From Cenarchaeum sp. (lineage in GTDB: Archaea > Thermoproteota > Nitrososphaeria > Nitrososphaerales > Nitrosopumilaceae): a DNA stretch of 64,000 nt. The notes beneath the pieces are model-generated. The model worked only from the letters and a program-made list of their open reading frames with translations, ran no database searches and had not been told where the DNA came from. Positions 10,071 to 20,328 of the stretch are shown here, piece by piece; the stretch's first letter is position 1; every line of letters begins with the position of its first letter. The stretch covers positions 896,001-960,000 of the forward strand of contig OZ243037.1 of NCBI GenBank assembly GCA_965212015.1. The letters are read 5' to 3'. A program made the translations under genes and the position numbers.

Positions 10071-11276
10071 GTGTTGTCTGAACTCCTTTCTACATTTCGT
10101 ACTCTAATTGTGTGCACTCTAATAATACTTGCAAGTGGACTCGTACTAACGTTCTATTCCCATATGCAAGAAAGCAAAGATTTCTATACCGATCTAGCAC
10201 ATTCAGTTGGACTTACGCTAATATCTGCAAGTGTGGTAGGTGTTGTAGCCGAAGTTTTTATCATGTCGTTATTTACAAAAAAAGTGTTAAAACTGGAGGA
10301 ATCTTTTCTTAACAGAGTCATTCCATCAATAATTAACACAACGCATGAATGGATAATTAGTAAAAGTAAAACTATACCGATAGATAAAACTGCATTGTAT
10401 AATCTCATCCGTATTGGTGTATTGCAATGGTTTATGAAAGAAAATTTTGAAAAGATAGGAATATCATCAAATAAAATAGCAGAATTATACCAAGATCTTC
10501 AATTATCTGAATTCAAAGAACCGATAATAATAGATTTTTCAACCACACTAAGATATGAGGGAAAAATTAATGAAGAGATATCCGGCAGGAAAGGATTGAT
10601 TGATTTACATACTCAGACACAATATACGGCATTCAATTCTTCTAATTCAGAAACTCGATATGTGAATACCAATGGTACTATATTACTACATGCTTTTGAC
10701 ATATTTGGAATTTTTCCAAAAAATGAAAAGGAAAAACAGGAATTTGTTAATAGTTTAAAACTCAAATTGAGCATTACAATAGATGATGTTAAGATAGAAT
10801 ACGAGACAATTCCAATATATCTAGATTTGAAAGATATATCAAGATTGGAAGAAAAAAAACCATCCGAAATTATTCAGATCATAGAGAACAAATTAGATAC
10901 AAAAATAAAAGATAATACAACTTATTTATTCTATAGTTTTAGAGGTAATGAACTAGATGATATCAAACGATTCATCTATTCAGCATTTTGTACATATACA
11001 ATAAAACCTCAAGAACGTATATTGGTTTCATATGATATTCATGAATCCTTCGCCGAGAACGATTATCTCTTTCACACCATGAAGAGTATTACTAAAGGTG
11101 TTAGTGTAAATTTGATTGGATTTGAAGATAGATTTGACACTACAATTCTAAAATATTTCCTAAATGACAAAGAAGATACTATAAAACAAACAACTAATAT
11201 CCTTACAACTTCCTCATTAATGCTTCCTAAAAGCATCATAATTATTTCTTGGCAAAAGAAACTGGAATCTTTGTAA
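10071..11276 (+). CDS. Hypothetical protein with two N-terminal TM helices and a large soluble domain
   Basis: 401-aa ORF, AT-rich like the defence island; hydrophobic segments near aa 10-30 and 45-68. Confidence 0.7.
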   Translation: MLSELLSTFRTLIVCTLIILASGLVLTFYSHMQESKDFYTDLAHSVGLTLISASVVGVVAEVFIMSLFTKKVLKLEESFLNRVIPSIINTTHEWIISKSKTIPIDKTALYNLIRIGVLQWFMKENFEKIGISSNKIAELYQDLQLSEFKEPIIIDFSTTLRYEGKINEEISGRKGLIDLHTQTQYTAFNSSNSETRYVNTNGTILLHAFDIFGIFPKNEKEKQEFVNSLKLKLSITIDDVKIEYETIPIYLDLKDISRLEEKKPSEIIQIIENKLDTKIKDNTTYLFYSFRGNELDDIKRFIYSAFCTYTIKPQERILVSYDIHESFAENDYLFHTMKSITKGVSVNLIGFEDRFDTTILKYFLNDKEDTIKQTTNILTTSSLMLPKSIIIISWQKKLESL

Positions 11277-11468
11277 AGGATATGGAATATTAGAATCTAT
11301 ATGTATTGCTTTTGTCATTTAGTCAAATATATATCAGTATCAATGATTTATCAAACCTCGTTATATGAACAGACATTTACATACATCGATAAAAAATATG
11401 ATTAAAATATGCACGTTAATACATCAATATCCATCACACAGGTATCGCAGACAAGTACAATAATCAAT

Positions 11469-12890
11469 TCATGCAGTAGGGTCCAACAGCCGTCCCATGA
11501 ACAGTATCATGCCGCTCTCATCATCCTGTATTATGAACAAAAACGGGTGATTCGCAGTAAAGTCCGGGGGCACAGACGTTACGGACGTTATCGTGGTTAC
11601 CGCAGCAGCTTCCGTACCCTCCTCGTTTACATCAACGAACGCGTCCTGGGTTGCCTTGCCCACATACAGGTTTCTTATGTCAGTCGTGTCTGCAATTGAC
11701 AAAAGATTCGCATAATATTCATCAAAGACATCAGTCATTCCAAGATTTTTCAGGAATTCGCCGAGATTATATTTTGTCTCCATGGTAAACTTTGGCATGC
11801 TTACGGCCAATTCGGCATCAGACATGTTCTGGTTCCACTGCGATATCATCTCTGAAGATATGGACTCCTCAAGTGCGGCAATACCGTCCCGATCACTTGG
11901 AAGAGCCACCAGCATGGAGAGTCTGTCCCCCTTGTACGGCAGCTTTAGCACCTGCACACCATCATGCCGAGTGTGATTGAATATTCCCGTAACATGCATA
12001 AAATCCGCATTCACGCTTTCCGCGCCGCTTGTCCAAAAGCCGGCCTGTTGCGTGGCCTCTGTAGGAAACTGCGTCACCCATGTCCCCTTGAAGTATATTG
12101 CATTTGTGATTACCATGGCGGTAAGATGATTCACATCTTCGGAGCCGAGTACCGTCTTTATCTTTTGGTTGGTGTTATCAGATGCCCATGTGTTGATCTT
12201 TTTTACGCCATCATCCATGAAATCCACCGACTCTACGCTAGAAAGATACGTTCCGCGCGCGACATCAAGGTACGACTCGTACGGTGAAAACCAGTCTGCA
12301 AGCCATAACGCGTTTGCCATGGCCAGTGTCGCATGCGGGTCGTCCCGGTTGAGGGATTCCATGGCACGCGCCGTGTGATTGTGGCGCACATCGGCATCAG
12401 ATTCAAAGCCAAACACGTCCTGCATCTGCTGTGCAGTATTTCCCCTTGCCCCCTCGTACAGCACGGAAAATGCCACATACATTCCAGAAGGTGAAAAGAA
12501 CAGATTGGCATCGTTATCAGATATCTGCCTGTAAAAATCCACTGCAAAAATATTGTTTGCAGTTGTAATATTTTGCGGGATTGTAAAGTTTGCCTGTGGA
12601 TTGTCTTTTGGAATCGTGGAATGATCCTGTGGGCCTGGCACACCGTCAATTACATCTGCCAAATCCTGCAAAACAATCTCCCATCCGCGCGATTCCAGTT
12701 TCTTTGCCGTATTCTCGTACACGCAGGCAGGTTTTCCGGACTGTGACTGCACCAGTGTTTTGTCGGCACTGCATTGGATCTCATTTAACGGGGTGCCGTT
12801 TTCTAATTGTTGTAATGGAGTGGATTCTGCAAACACGGGAGTCAAAACCACGATTGACAGCAGTGCCAATACGCATGCCAGATACATCAC
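11469..12890 (-). CDS. Serpin with signal peptide and N-terminal Cys-pair domain
   Basis: NLFFSP, NAIYFKGTW, hinge EEGTEAAA, FTANHPFLF, ILFMGR. Confidence 0.95.
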   Translation of the reverse strand: MMYLACVLALLSIVVLTPVFAESTPLQQLENGTPLNEIQCSADKTLVQSQSGKPACVYENTAKKLESRGWEIVLQDLADVIDGVPGPQDHSTIPKDNPQANFTIPQNITTANNIFAVDFYRQISDNDANLFFSPSGMYVAFSVLYEGARGNTAQQMQDVFGFESDADVRHNHTARAMESLNRDDPHATLAMANALWLADWFSPYESYLDVARGTYLSSVESVDFMDDGVKKINTWASDNTNQKIKTVLGSEDVNHLTAMVITNAIYFKGTWVTQFPTEATQQAGFWTSGAESVNADFMHVTGIFNHTRHDGVQVLKLPYKGDRLSMLVALPSDRDGIAALEESISSEMISQWNQNMSDAELAVSMPKFTMETKYNLGEFLKNLGMTDVFDEYYANLLSIADTTDIRNLYVGKATQDAFVDVNEEGTEAAAVTTITSVTSVPPDFTANHPFLFIIQDDESGMILFMGRLLDPTA

Positions 12891-13093
12891 GGATTAACAC
12901 AAAATTTATGATATTTATGATGTTCGCATAATTGCATCGAAGGTATGATGGTTTTGAATAGACAAAAAACAGAGATCCTGCCAGTTTCATCCGAAATGCA
13001 TGAGGCGCATGCTTGATTTATCGTATAATGTCGGATGTTGCCACCTTACAGCATCCGTCATATAGGTCTCTTGCAAATCAGAATGTAATCAAT

Positions 13094-14416
13094 TCATGCA
13101 GTAGGGTCCGACAGTCGCCCCATGAACAGTATCGTACCGCTCTCATCATCCTGTATTATGAATATGAACGGGTGGTTTGCATCAAATGTAGGGGATCCAC
13201 TTTGTGCAGTTATCGATGCGCCCGTTACTGCGACTGCTTCTGTGCCCTCTTCGTTTACATCAACGAACGCATCATGAACCGCCTTGAACACGTAAAGATT
13301 TTTGCCAGACGTATCTGCAATTCCCGAGAGATCCGCATCATTAGGTGAAAAGACGTCCACCATCCCCAGATTTTTCATGATTTCTTCTAGTTCATAGTGC
13401 GTTCCCGTCGTGAATTTGGGCATAGAGACATGTATGTATATGTCGCTCAGATCTTGATTCCATTGTGTTATCATCTCGGAGGATATGGATTCCTCAAGTG
13501 CGGCAATACCGTCCAGATTTCTTGGAAGAGCCACCAGCATTGAAAGCCTGTCCCCCTTGTACGGAAGCTTTAGCACCTGCACACCATCATGTATGGTGTG
13601 ACTGAATTTGCCTACAACATGCATAAAATCCGTATTCACAGTTTTCGAGTCATTTATCCAAAAGTCATCCTTATACGTGGCCTCTGTACGAAACTGTGTC
13701 ACCCATGTCCCCTTGAAATATATGGCATTGGTCATCACCATGGCAGTCAAATCATTTACACTATCAGACTCGAGTACTTTTTTTATTTTTTTATTAGTAT
13801 TGTCAGATGCCCACGCGTTGATCTTTTTTACGCCGTCACCCGTGAAATCCACCGACTCCACACTAGAAAGATACGTTCCGCGCGCAACATCAAGGTACGA
13901 CTCGTACGGTGAAAACCAGTCTGCAAGCCATAACGCGTTTGCCATGGCCAGTGTCGCATGCGGGTCGTCCCGGTTGAGGGACGCCATGGTCTGTGCCGAG
14001 TAATTGTGCCTGGCATCCGTATCAGATTCAAAGCCAAACACGTCCTGCATCTGCTGTGCAGTATCATTTTTTGCCCCCTCGTACAATACAGAAAAGGCCA
14101 CGTACATTCCGGAGGGAGAAAAGAACAGATTGTCATCATTATTAGATATCTGCCTGTAAAAGTCCACTGCAAAGTCATTGTTTGCCACGGCTATATCCTT
14201 TGGAATAACTCCGGATCCTGGTTGTATGCTGGCAACTATGTACTGCGGAAGATTCACAATATGCGATGAAATGTATGGTAACAGCTCCCCGCTAAATAGC
14301 AATTCTAGCGCATAAATGATCGTATTAGGATAATAAACCGTGCCCAGAACAAAACTCACGCCAAATACGACCAGTATGGTAAAAACCACCAGAGGAATCT
14401 TGTATCTTTTTCTCAC
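13094..14416 (-). CDS. Serpin with N-terminal membrane anchor
   Basis: Same serpin motifs; hinge EEGTEAVA; paralogue of the adjacent serpin. Confidence 0.95.
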   Translation of the reverse strand: MRKRYKIPLVVFTILVVFGVSFVLGTVYYPNTIIYALELLFSGELLPYISSHIVNLPQYIVASIQPGSGVIPKDIAVANNDFAVDFYRQISNNDDNLFFSPSGMYVAFSVLYEGAKNDTAQQMQDVFGFESDTDARHNYSAQTMASLNRDDPHATLAMANALWLADWFSPYESYLDVARGTYLSSVESVDFTGDGVKKINAWASDNTNKKIKKVLESDSVNDLTAMVMTNAIYFKGTWVTQFRTEATYKDDFWINDSKTVNTDFMHVVGKFSHTIHDGVQVLKLPYKGDRLSMLVALPRNLDGIAALEESISSEMITQWNQDLSDIYIHVSMPKFTTGTHYELEEIMKNLGMVDVFSPNDADLSGIADTSGKNLYVFKAVHDAFVDVNEEGTEAVAVTGASITAQSGSPTFDANHPFIFIIQDDESGTILFMGRLSDPTA

Positions 14417-14624
14417 AATATCCGGCCAATCCTCGGATCGGATTTAAACATCACTATCATTTAAAATGAGAGTAATAAAATCCATCCCGAATGCGGCGCG
14501 GATCTAAAATGCAGCATCAACTCTACATCGTTCTGGGGCCAAAATCCCAGCCTCGACACCATAATCACGATAAATTCCTAGAAAATCTAAAGCCACCTTT
14601 GGGATATGATTAATCCGATTTCCG

Positions 14625-14779
14625 AACTTCAGTGTTTTCAGGTATTTAAAGAGGCCAACTTCAGTGTTTTCAGGTATTTAAAGAGGCCAACTTCAGTGTT
14701 TTCAGGTATTTAAAGAGGCCAACTTCAGTGTTTTCAGGTATTTAAAGAGGCCAACTTCAGTGTTTTCAGGTATTTAAAG
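14625..14779. repeat. Perfect tandem repeat, 32-bp unit x4.8 (AACTTCAGTGTTTTCAGGTATTTAAAGAGGCC)
   Basis: Copies start at 14625, 14657, 14689, 14721, 14753 (last partial); no spacers. Confidence 0.97.
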
Positions 14780-14974
14780 CGCCAGAGATTGCAGTTCCCA
14801 CGGTATAGTCCCAAAATTGCCCCCATACACCACCGATTCGGAGCCAAAATACCCCCAAGGGCCAGAATCCGGCCGCAAAACTCCCAAATCGCACGCCTAT
14901 GTTAAATGGGTTTTACTCACAGATAACACAAATTACACTTGGATTTTAAAAGTGAACTATTTCATACATGTAGC

Positions 14975-16519
14975 ATGAAAAGGGCACTTGCAATGGCAGT
15001 CATATGCGCATTTTTCACGCTAATGCTCAACCCGGCATATGCCGAGGTAAAGACAGTGGAGCTGGGCCAGCCCTCCTATTCCAACGAGGAATCCATAAAG
15101 TTTGTTGGAACCAACAAAAAGGACAATACCTCAGTCGTGGTAATGATCAGGGATTCGGCAGGAAAGTTCGTGGCAGGACTCGACGACCCGTTCCCGGATT
15201 CTGACGGGACGTTTGAGACGTCCTCAAAGAAAGTCAAGGACGCATTCACAACGCCGGGGATATACAATGCCACAGTCTTTGCCAACAACCAAAAGGAGGC
15301 AGACGGAACCGTGATACGGCTGCAGTACGACGGGGACAAGGTGTTTCCAATGCCGGACTTTATCCTAAAGCTAGAAAAGATCAGATTCAAGGCGGCAGAC
15401 GAGCATGTGACACTAGAGTTTACCGTACAGCTCACAAAAGATTCCGTTGACGGGGCGACATTCAGCCTGGACGGCGAGCCTGCCGGCGCGGCAATCGACT
15501 CAAAGACGGGCAAATTTACGTGGACTCCCACCGGCAAGCAGGGCAGTATAAAGGGGACGAGTTACAGCTTTGACATAATAGTAAGCAAGGGCACCGTACA
15601 GGACACAAGGCAGGCCAAAGTCACGGTGTTTGAGGCAGAGCCAAAGCCGGCCATACCAAAGATGATCCTCGAGCCCATCGCACAGCCTGCTGCAGCACAG
15701 GAGGACAAGGCCGCAGAGCCGGAAATCATACAGGCAGACGAGCTTGGCGTTGCCACGTTTGTAGACGAGTCAAAGGATCCGTTCCACTATATCAACAGGT
15801 ACAACAATGAACCGGCATATCAAAAGTGGTTTGATGAGAATTATCCAGAGTATGATTCAATATACGAGGCAGTCGGCCTAAAGGGCGTTGCCGACTTTGT
15901 AGAGTCCGACAAGATTCCACAGTACTATATCGACAGGTACGACAAAGAGCCGGCATACAAGAAATGGTTTGATGAGAATTATCCCGAGTATGACTCGATA
16001 TACGAGGCCGTAGGCGCCAAGGAGCCCGGAACATCAAATGTTCCAGACGAGTCCAACAAGCCGATATTCGGCGAGTGCGGAATCGGCACCAGCCTTGTGG
16101 ACGATCACTGCGAGATTGACAAAAAGCCCGGCGGATGCCTGATTGCCACTGCAGCATACGGCTCTGAGCTGGCACCGCAGGTGCAGATGCTGCGCGAAAT
16201 ACGGGACAATACGCTGCTCTCCACGGAATCCGGCGCGACATTCATGTCCGGATTCAGCGACGTATACTATACATTCTCACCCGGTATAGCAGACCTTGAG
16301 AGGCAGAATCCGGCGTTCCGGGAGGCAGTAAGGCTGTTTATCACCCCGATGCTGGCCACCCTGTCCATAATGACGCTGGCCGAAGAGGGCTCTGAATCGC
16401 AGGTGCTGGCACTCGGAATATCAGTCATTGCCCTGAACCTCGGAATGTACATTGCGGCACCCGCACTGGCAGGCATGAAGATCAGAGACCACATTAGAAA
16501 GACAAAACACCCGCTTTAG
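14975..16519 (+). CDS. Surface protein with Ig-like domain, internal duplication and CFI-box C-terminal domain
   Basis: Signal peptide; AAIDSKTGKFTWTP Ig-like motif; 2x YNNEPAYQKWFDENYPEYDSIYEAVG-type repeat; GGCLIATAAYGSELAPQVQMLREIRD and C-terminal TM. Confidence 0.85.
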   Translation: MKRALAMAVICAFFTLMLNPAYAEVKTVELGQPSYSNEESIKFVGTNKKDNTSVVVMIRDSAGKFVAGLDDPFPDSDGTFETSSKKVKDAFTTPGIYNATVFANNQKEADGTVIRLQYDGDKVFPMPDFILKLEKIRFKAADEHVTLEFTVQLTKDSVDGATFSLDGEPAGAAIDSKTGKFTWTPTGKQGSIKGTSYSFDIIVSKGTVQDTRQAKVTVFEAEPKPAIPKMILEPIAQPAAAQEDKAAEPEIIQADELGVATFVDESKDPFHYINRYNNEPAYQKWFDENYPEYDSIYEAVGLKGVADFVESDKIPQYYIDRYDKEPAYKKWFDENYPEYDSIYEAVGAKEPGTSNVPDESNKPIFGECGIGTSLVDDHCEIDKKPGGCLIATAAYGSELAPQVQMLREIRDNTLLSTESGATFMSGFSDVYYTFSPGIADLERQNPAFREAVRLFITPMLATLSIMTLAEEGSESQVLALGISVIALNLGMYIAAPALAGMKIRDHIRKTKHPL

Positions 16520-16573
16520 CCCAAAAATCCGAATTATCAGATTATTTAATTAGCGTATGTCCGGGGTCATATC

Positions 16574-17872
16574 ATGACAAAATGGGCCGATTACCTCGTA
16601 TCTGCCGTACAGTACGACCGCGCACGGCAGGTGACCCGGCTGAGGAGGCACGCAGATACAGGTGAGATAGGTACAGGTGAGATAATCGACAAGGCCACCG
16701 CAGTGTCTGACATTTCCAGGGGGGTCTCGTACATGACAATCCACGGCACGATATCGAACTGGAAGCTCGGAGAGAGGATCAGGGCCCCGCAGGTCGGGGG
16801 GCAGTTCCGGCTCAGGGCAGACGACAACAAGGTCGAATATGACAATCTCGGAAGCGTACTGGAGCTGGAGACAGACCCGGTACCGGATGCTGCCAGGCCG
16901 GCAAAGGCAGTCAAAAAGCGCCAGCTGCACATATCGGCAAAAGACAAGGCAATGCTCAAAAACATGGGCGCCGCCCCCGGTGATGTCTCACAGGCACACA
17001 CCGAGACCAGTCCGCAACCAGAGCTGGAAAACATCCGGCACGGTTCGCCGCGCGGGGCACTGCCTAAGGGATTTGAGGATACTGCCCGCAGGGACGCACC
17101 CGCAGATGATGCGCGCGACACAAAGGATGACGGACCAAAGGTTTCTACTCATGGCACGCTGCCAAAGGGTTTTGATACCGTACAAGAATCGCACAAAACC
17201 GCAAAGGATGACGGGCCGCAGGTTTCTACTCATGGCACGCTGCCAAAGGGTTTTGATAGTACAACTAACAAGGATGCACCCGCAAAGACAGAATCCCCCG
17301 ACACGCTGCCAAAAGATGATGCCGCACAGAAGGAATCTTTGCACGAAACCGTAAAGGATGCAGAGCCTCCGCGCAAGACTCCGCCAAAAGAGACGAGCAA
17401 GATTCCTCCGAAAGATATTCCAAAGGACGCAGAGCCGCCGCGTAAAATTCCGCCAAAGAAAACACCCAAAAAGGCAGAGCCTCCGCGCAAGACTCCGCCA
17501 AAAGAGACGAGCAAGATTCCTCCGAAAGATATTCCAAAGGACGCAGAGCCGCCGCGTAAAATTCCGCCAAAGAAAACACCCAAGGCAGAGCTGCTGCGCA
17601 GCACCACTCCCAAAAAAAAGCCAAAGGCCAAGGATGCCAAAAAGCCAGATGCAAAGCGCAAGGAGAGCCTGGACGACATCAGAAGACAGATTCTCGCGCT
17701 AAAAAAAGAGATAAAAAAATTCGACCGGGGCTCAGTAGAGATATACTGTGCAAAATGCAAAAAGAAAAGAACCATCAGGGATGCAAAGCGCACCAGAGAG
17801 GACGGGATATCGGCGCTCAGGGGCACGTGCCCCACATGCAAGGGCGGCGTGTATCGCGCAGTAAAGCACTAG
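16574..17872 (+). CDS. DUF3892-like N-domain, Pro/Lys repeat linker, C-terminal zinc ribbon (DUF5679-like)
   Basis: WADYLVSAVQY start; 114-bp and 81-bp period internal repeats; YCAKCKK...GTCPTCK. Confidence 0.7.
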   Translation: MTKWADYLVSAVQYDRARQVTRLRRHADTGEIGTGEIIDKATAVSDISRGVSYMTIHGTISNWKLGERIRAPQVGGQFRLRADDNKVEYDNLGSVLELETDPVPDAARPAKAVKKRQLHISAKDKAMLKNMGAAPGDVSQAHTETSPQPELENIRHGSPRGALPKGFEDTARRDAPADDARDTKDDGPKVSTHGTLPKGFDTVQESHKTAKDDGPQVSTHGTLPKGFDSTTNKDAPAKTESPDTLPKDDAAQKESLHETVKDAEPPRKTPPKETSKIPPKDIPKDAEPPRKIPPKKTPKKAEPPRKTPPKETSKIPPKDIPKDAEPPRKIPPKKTPKAELLRSTTPKKKPKAKDAKKPDAKRKESLDDIRRQILALKKEIKKFDRGSVEIYCAKCKKKRTIRDAKRTREDGISALRGTCPTCKGGVYRAVKH

Positions 17873-17956
17873 TCGGGATTTTTGGGCAGCAGCTTGACTG
17901 TGGCCTTTTGTATTCCGTACGTCCTGTCGTTTATTCCCTTGTAGCGTATGGTGTGC

Positions 17957-18325
17957 TCACACGGTACTGACATTCCAGGTATTGTCAATCCATACCCCCG
18001 CAACATCCACCCCGAGGTTCCACGATTCGGCCACCCGTACTGCCTGCCGGATGCACTCCATATGCTGCTCGTCAGACACCGGATTGCCTGCGCACTCTGC
18101 GTGGCCGGATACCACTATCAGCCCCGACTTGTGCGCCCGAATCGAGATTACGGCCTTTTTTCTCAGGACCTCTGCAGTCTCTGGATCCGAGATCCTCTTG
18201 TCAAGGCCGGGCTCTGTTATCGTATCCACATAGTCTACAGTATAGTTTTTTTTAATCCAGTCCGCAACCGGCCCCTGAATCCTGCCGTCAATGCAGCTAA
18301 TCGAGGTCGCAAAGATCCCTGCCAT
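17957..18325 (-). CDS. Small beta-carbonic-anhydrase-like protein
   Basis: CIDGR and GHAECAG zinc-ligand motifs (CxDxR / HxxC). Confidence 0.75.
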   Translation of the reverse strand: MAGIFATSISCIDGRIQGPVADWIKKNYTVDYVDTITEPGLDKRISDPETAEVLRKKAVISIRAHKSGLIVVSGHAECAGNPVSDEQHMECIRQAVRVAESWNLGVDVAGVWIDNTWNVSTV

Positions 18326-18366
18326 ACGCGTTGCTTTTTAAGGCCTGCAAATAAAAATGATTACGG

Positions 18367-18675
18367 ATGAACCCGTTATTCCAGCTCAGCACAAGGACGT
18401 ACGACAAGGAGATTGTCCTGGTGAAAAGAGCCATGGACGAATTGGGGGCAAAATGCGGCATAAAGGACGGCTATAGGCTCGGCGAGCCAAAAAACACCGC
18501 CGGATGGACCTTTTTTGACGTACAGCTAGGCCCGGAAATGTTTGCGGCAATAGAGACCTCCGGAATGATGGAGGGCGCACGCGGATACAGGATTGGTGAG
18601 CAGACAAAGAACTTTTTGGGGCATTTTCTGGAACAGTACGGAAGCCGCGTCCGGATAAAGCAGATAGGCTACTAG
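18367..18675 (+). CDS. Hypothetical protein
   Basis: 102-aa ORF with core-like codon usage. Confidence 0.7.
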   Translation: MNPLFQLSTRTYDKEIVLVKRAMDELGAKCGIKDGYRLGEPKNTAGWTFFDVQLGPEMFAAIETSGMMEGARGYRIGEQTKNFLGHFLEQYGSRVRIKQIGY

Positions 18676-18773
18676 CGGCGCACCCAAGTCCTGCGGATTT
18701 TTAGATAGTTTTCTGGCGCATCCGGGTTTTGCAGGCCTGTGGGCAAAGTAGGCGTGAATGGCGCAAACGCACC

Positions 18774-18983
18774 CTAGTATTCGTCGTATTCCTCATCGTC
18801 GTCCTTGTTTTCAATTATTTTGCCGTCCTTTACTGCCAGGGTTTCCATCACCATGTCCCCGTCCTTGAACGTGAGACGGTCGCCCCATACCGCTTTTGCC
18901 CGATCAGTCGGCCTGAAATTTTCATCCAGCCATTCTACGGGCAATTCCAGAGGTTCGTCCCTGGATTCATCATCTGAATCCAT
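18774..18983 (-). CDS. Small acidic hypothetical protein
   Basis: 69-aa ORF, D/E-rich, ATG start. Confidence 0.6.
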   Translation of the reverse strand: MDSDDESRDEPLELPVEWLDENFRPTDRAKAVWGDRLTFKDGDMVMETLAVKDGKIIENKDDDEEYDEY

Positions 18984-19167
18984 TTTTTTTAGTGTCCTTG
19001 GATTCCATGTACGGTGAATGCCTGAATATCCTATATGTCTTTAGAATCGTTTGAGGCTTTGCCCAAAAATATCCAAAACACGCAATGTCCCGAATTATGT
19101 CGCAGATGGCAAATGCTTGGCAGGGGTTGCCTCAAAATTTAAAATAACACATACTTGCAATGACATC

Positions 19168-19452
19168 ATGAAAACGACGTATACGAAAAATGACAAGCTT
19201 TTACTGCGGATGGTCAGAATGAGGATTAATAGCAAGAACCCGATGTACTGTGACGGGATTAGCAAGGACTGGCTGATAGCCACTATACAAAGCTTGGGTC
19301 AGGAACTGGATGATGGCGATGTGGATACGGCCATACGGGAGGGGATGCTGGTTGACTCAGGAAAAAATTTTCTCGGTCAAAAAATATACCGACCTGCAGA
19401 ATATGTGTCTGATGATAAAAGCGTTCAAAAAAACCCAATTACAAAACCCTGA
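19168..19452 (+). CDS. Hypothetical protein
   Basis: ATG downstream of a TTTAAA box; 94 aa. Confidence 0.5.
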   Translation: MKTTYTKNDKLLLRMVRMRINSKNPMYCDGISKDWLIATIQSLGQELDDGDVDTAIREGMLVDSGKNFLGQKIYRPAEYVSDDKSVQKNPITKP

Positions 19453-19683
19453 AAAGCACAAAAGTACAGGCAAAAAACGGCATGAACGCCAAAAACCCGG
19501 CAGACTGGCCAGTCAAGAAATTACAATGCCGCACGCAGGTATGAAAAACTTGAGAAAAAAAGGCATGCAGAAAAGATCACATTGACTGGGACGATCTGGA
19601 GGACAGATCCAGAAAAGATGCCTGTGATTATGTGGTTTTTCAGGCCGGCAAAACCTTTTATCATACAATTGTAGAGGGCTTAC

Positions 19684-19977
19684 ATGAAAGATAATAATGG
19701 CAATTCCACAAAACCGCACACCAGGCAAGAGCTGATTCTTGCCGCCATGAACAGCAAGAGCAGAATCCACATCCTGCACACGCTCGATTCAGAGGGATCA
19801 CTGGCACTGTCCAGACTTGCCTCCCTGGCAGGGTTTGCGTCAAGTGAAAATGCCGGAAAATTCGAGTTTCACGTAAAAAAGCTCTCTACATCACGCCTCG
19901 TAGAGCTAGACGGATCAAACGTATGCAGCATTACTGACACTGGCAGAAAGGCCCTGAATTTTGCAAGACAGCTCTGA
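19684..19977 (+). CDS. Winged-helix (ArsR-like) regulator
   Basis: RIHILHTL...LSRLASL...FEFHVKKL...LVE...SITDTGR pattern. Confidence 0.75.
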   Translation: MKDNNGNSTKPHTRQELILAAMNSKSRIHILHTLDSEGSLALSRLASLAGFASSENAGKFEFHVKKLSTSRLVELDGSNVCSITDTGRKALNFARQL

Positions 19978-20181
19978 GCTGCAGGCAATCCAGTAAAATC
20001 CGGGCGCGCGAACTTTGGTATGGTTGTGTTCGCAGTCACATATCATTTGGGTGTTTGAAAAACACGGACCATACACCGCCTGCTGCCGGCCACTACAGAG
20101 TTTTAGACTGTGTGCCCGGGCCAGAACCCTGCATAATCCGAATCTAGAGGTTATAAATACGGGAGTATGCGCAGTACCGGC

Positions 20182-20313
20182 ATGCCAAGCATGAAATGCG
20201 TATCGTGTGGGATTGGATTCTTTTCCCCCACGGGATCAGACAGGTGCTCAAAGTGCTCAGAAAAAGAGACACAGCAGGGCCACGACTCTTGTGGCTGCGG
20301 ACACAGCCACTAG
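20182..20313 (+). CDS. 43-aa Cys/His-rich microprotein
   Basis: Manual translation MPSMKCVSCGIGFFSPTGSDRCSKCSEKETQQGHDSCGCGHSH; TTATAAATA ~25 nt upstream, T-tract after the stop. Confidence 0.75.
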   Translation: MPSMKCVSCGIGFFSPTGSDRCSKCSEKETQQGHDSCGCGHSH

Positions 20314-20328
20314 GGATTTTTTTTTACA

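Noticed and set aside
14625-14779. CRISPR array
   Set aside because: Units are head-to-tail identical with no spacers; no cas genes in the window.
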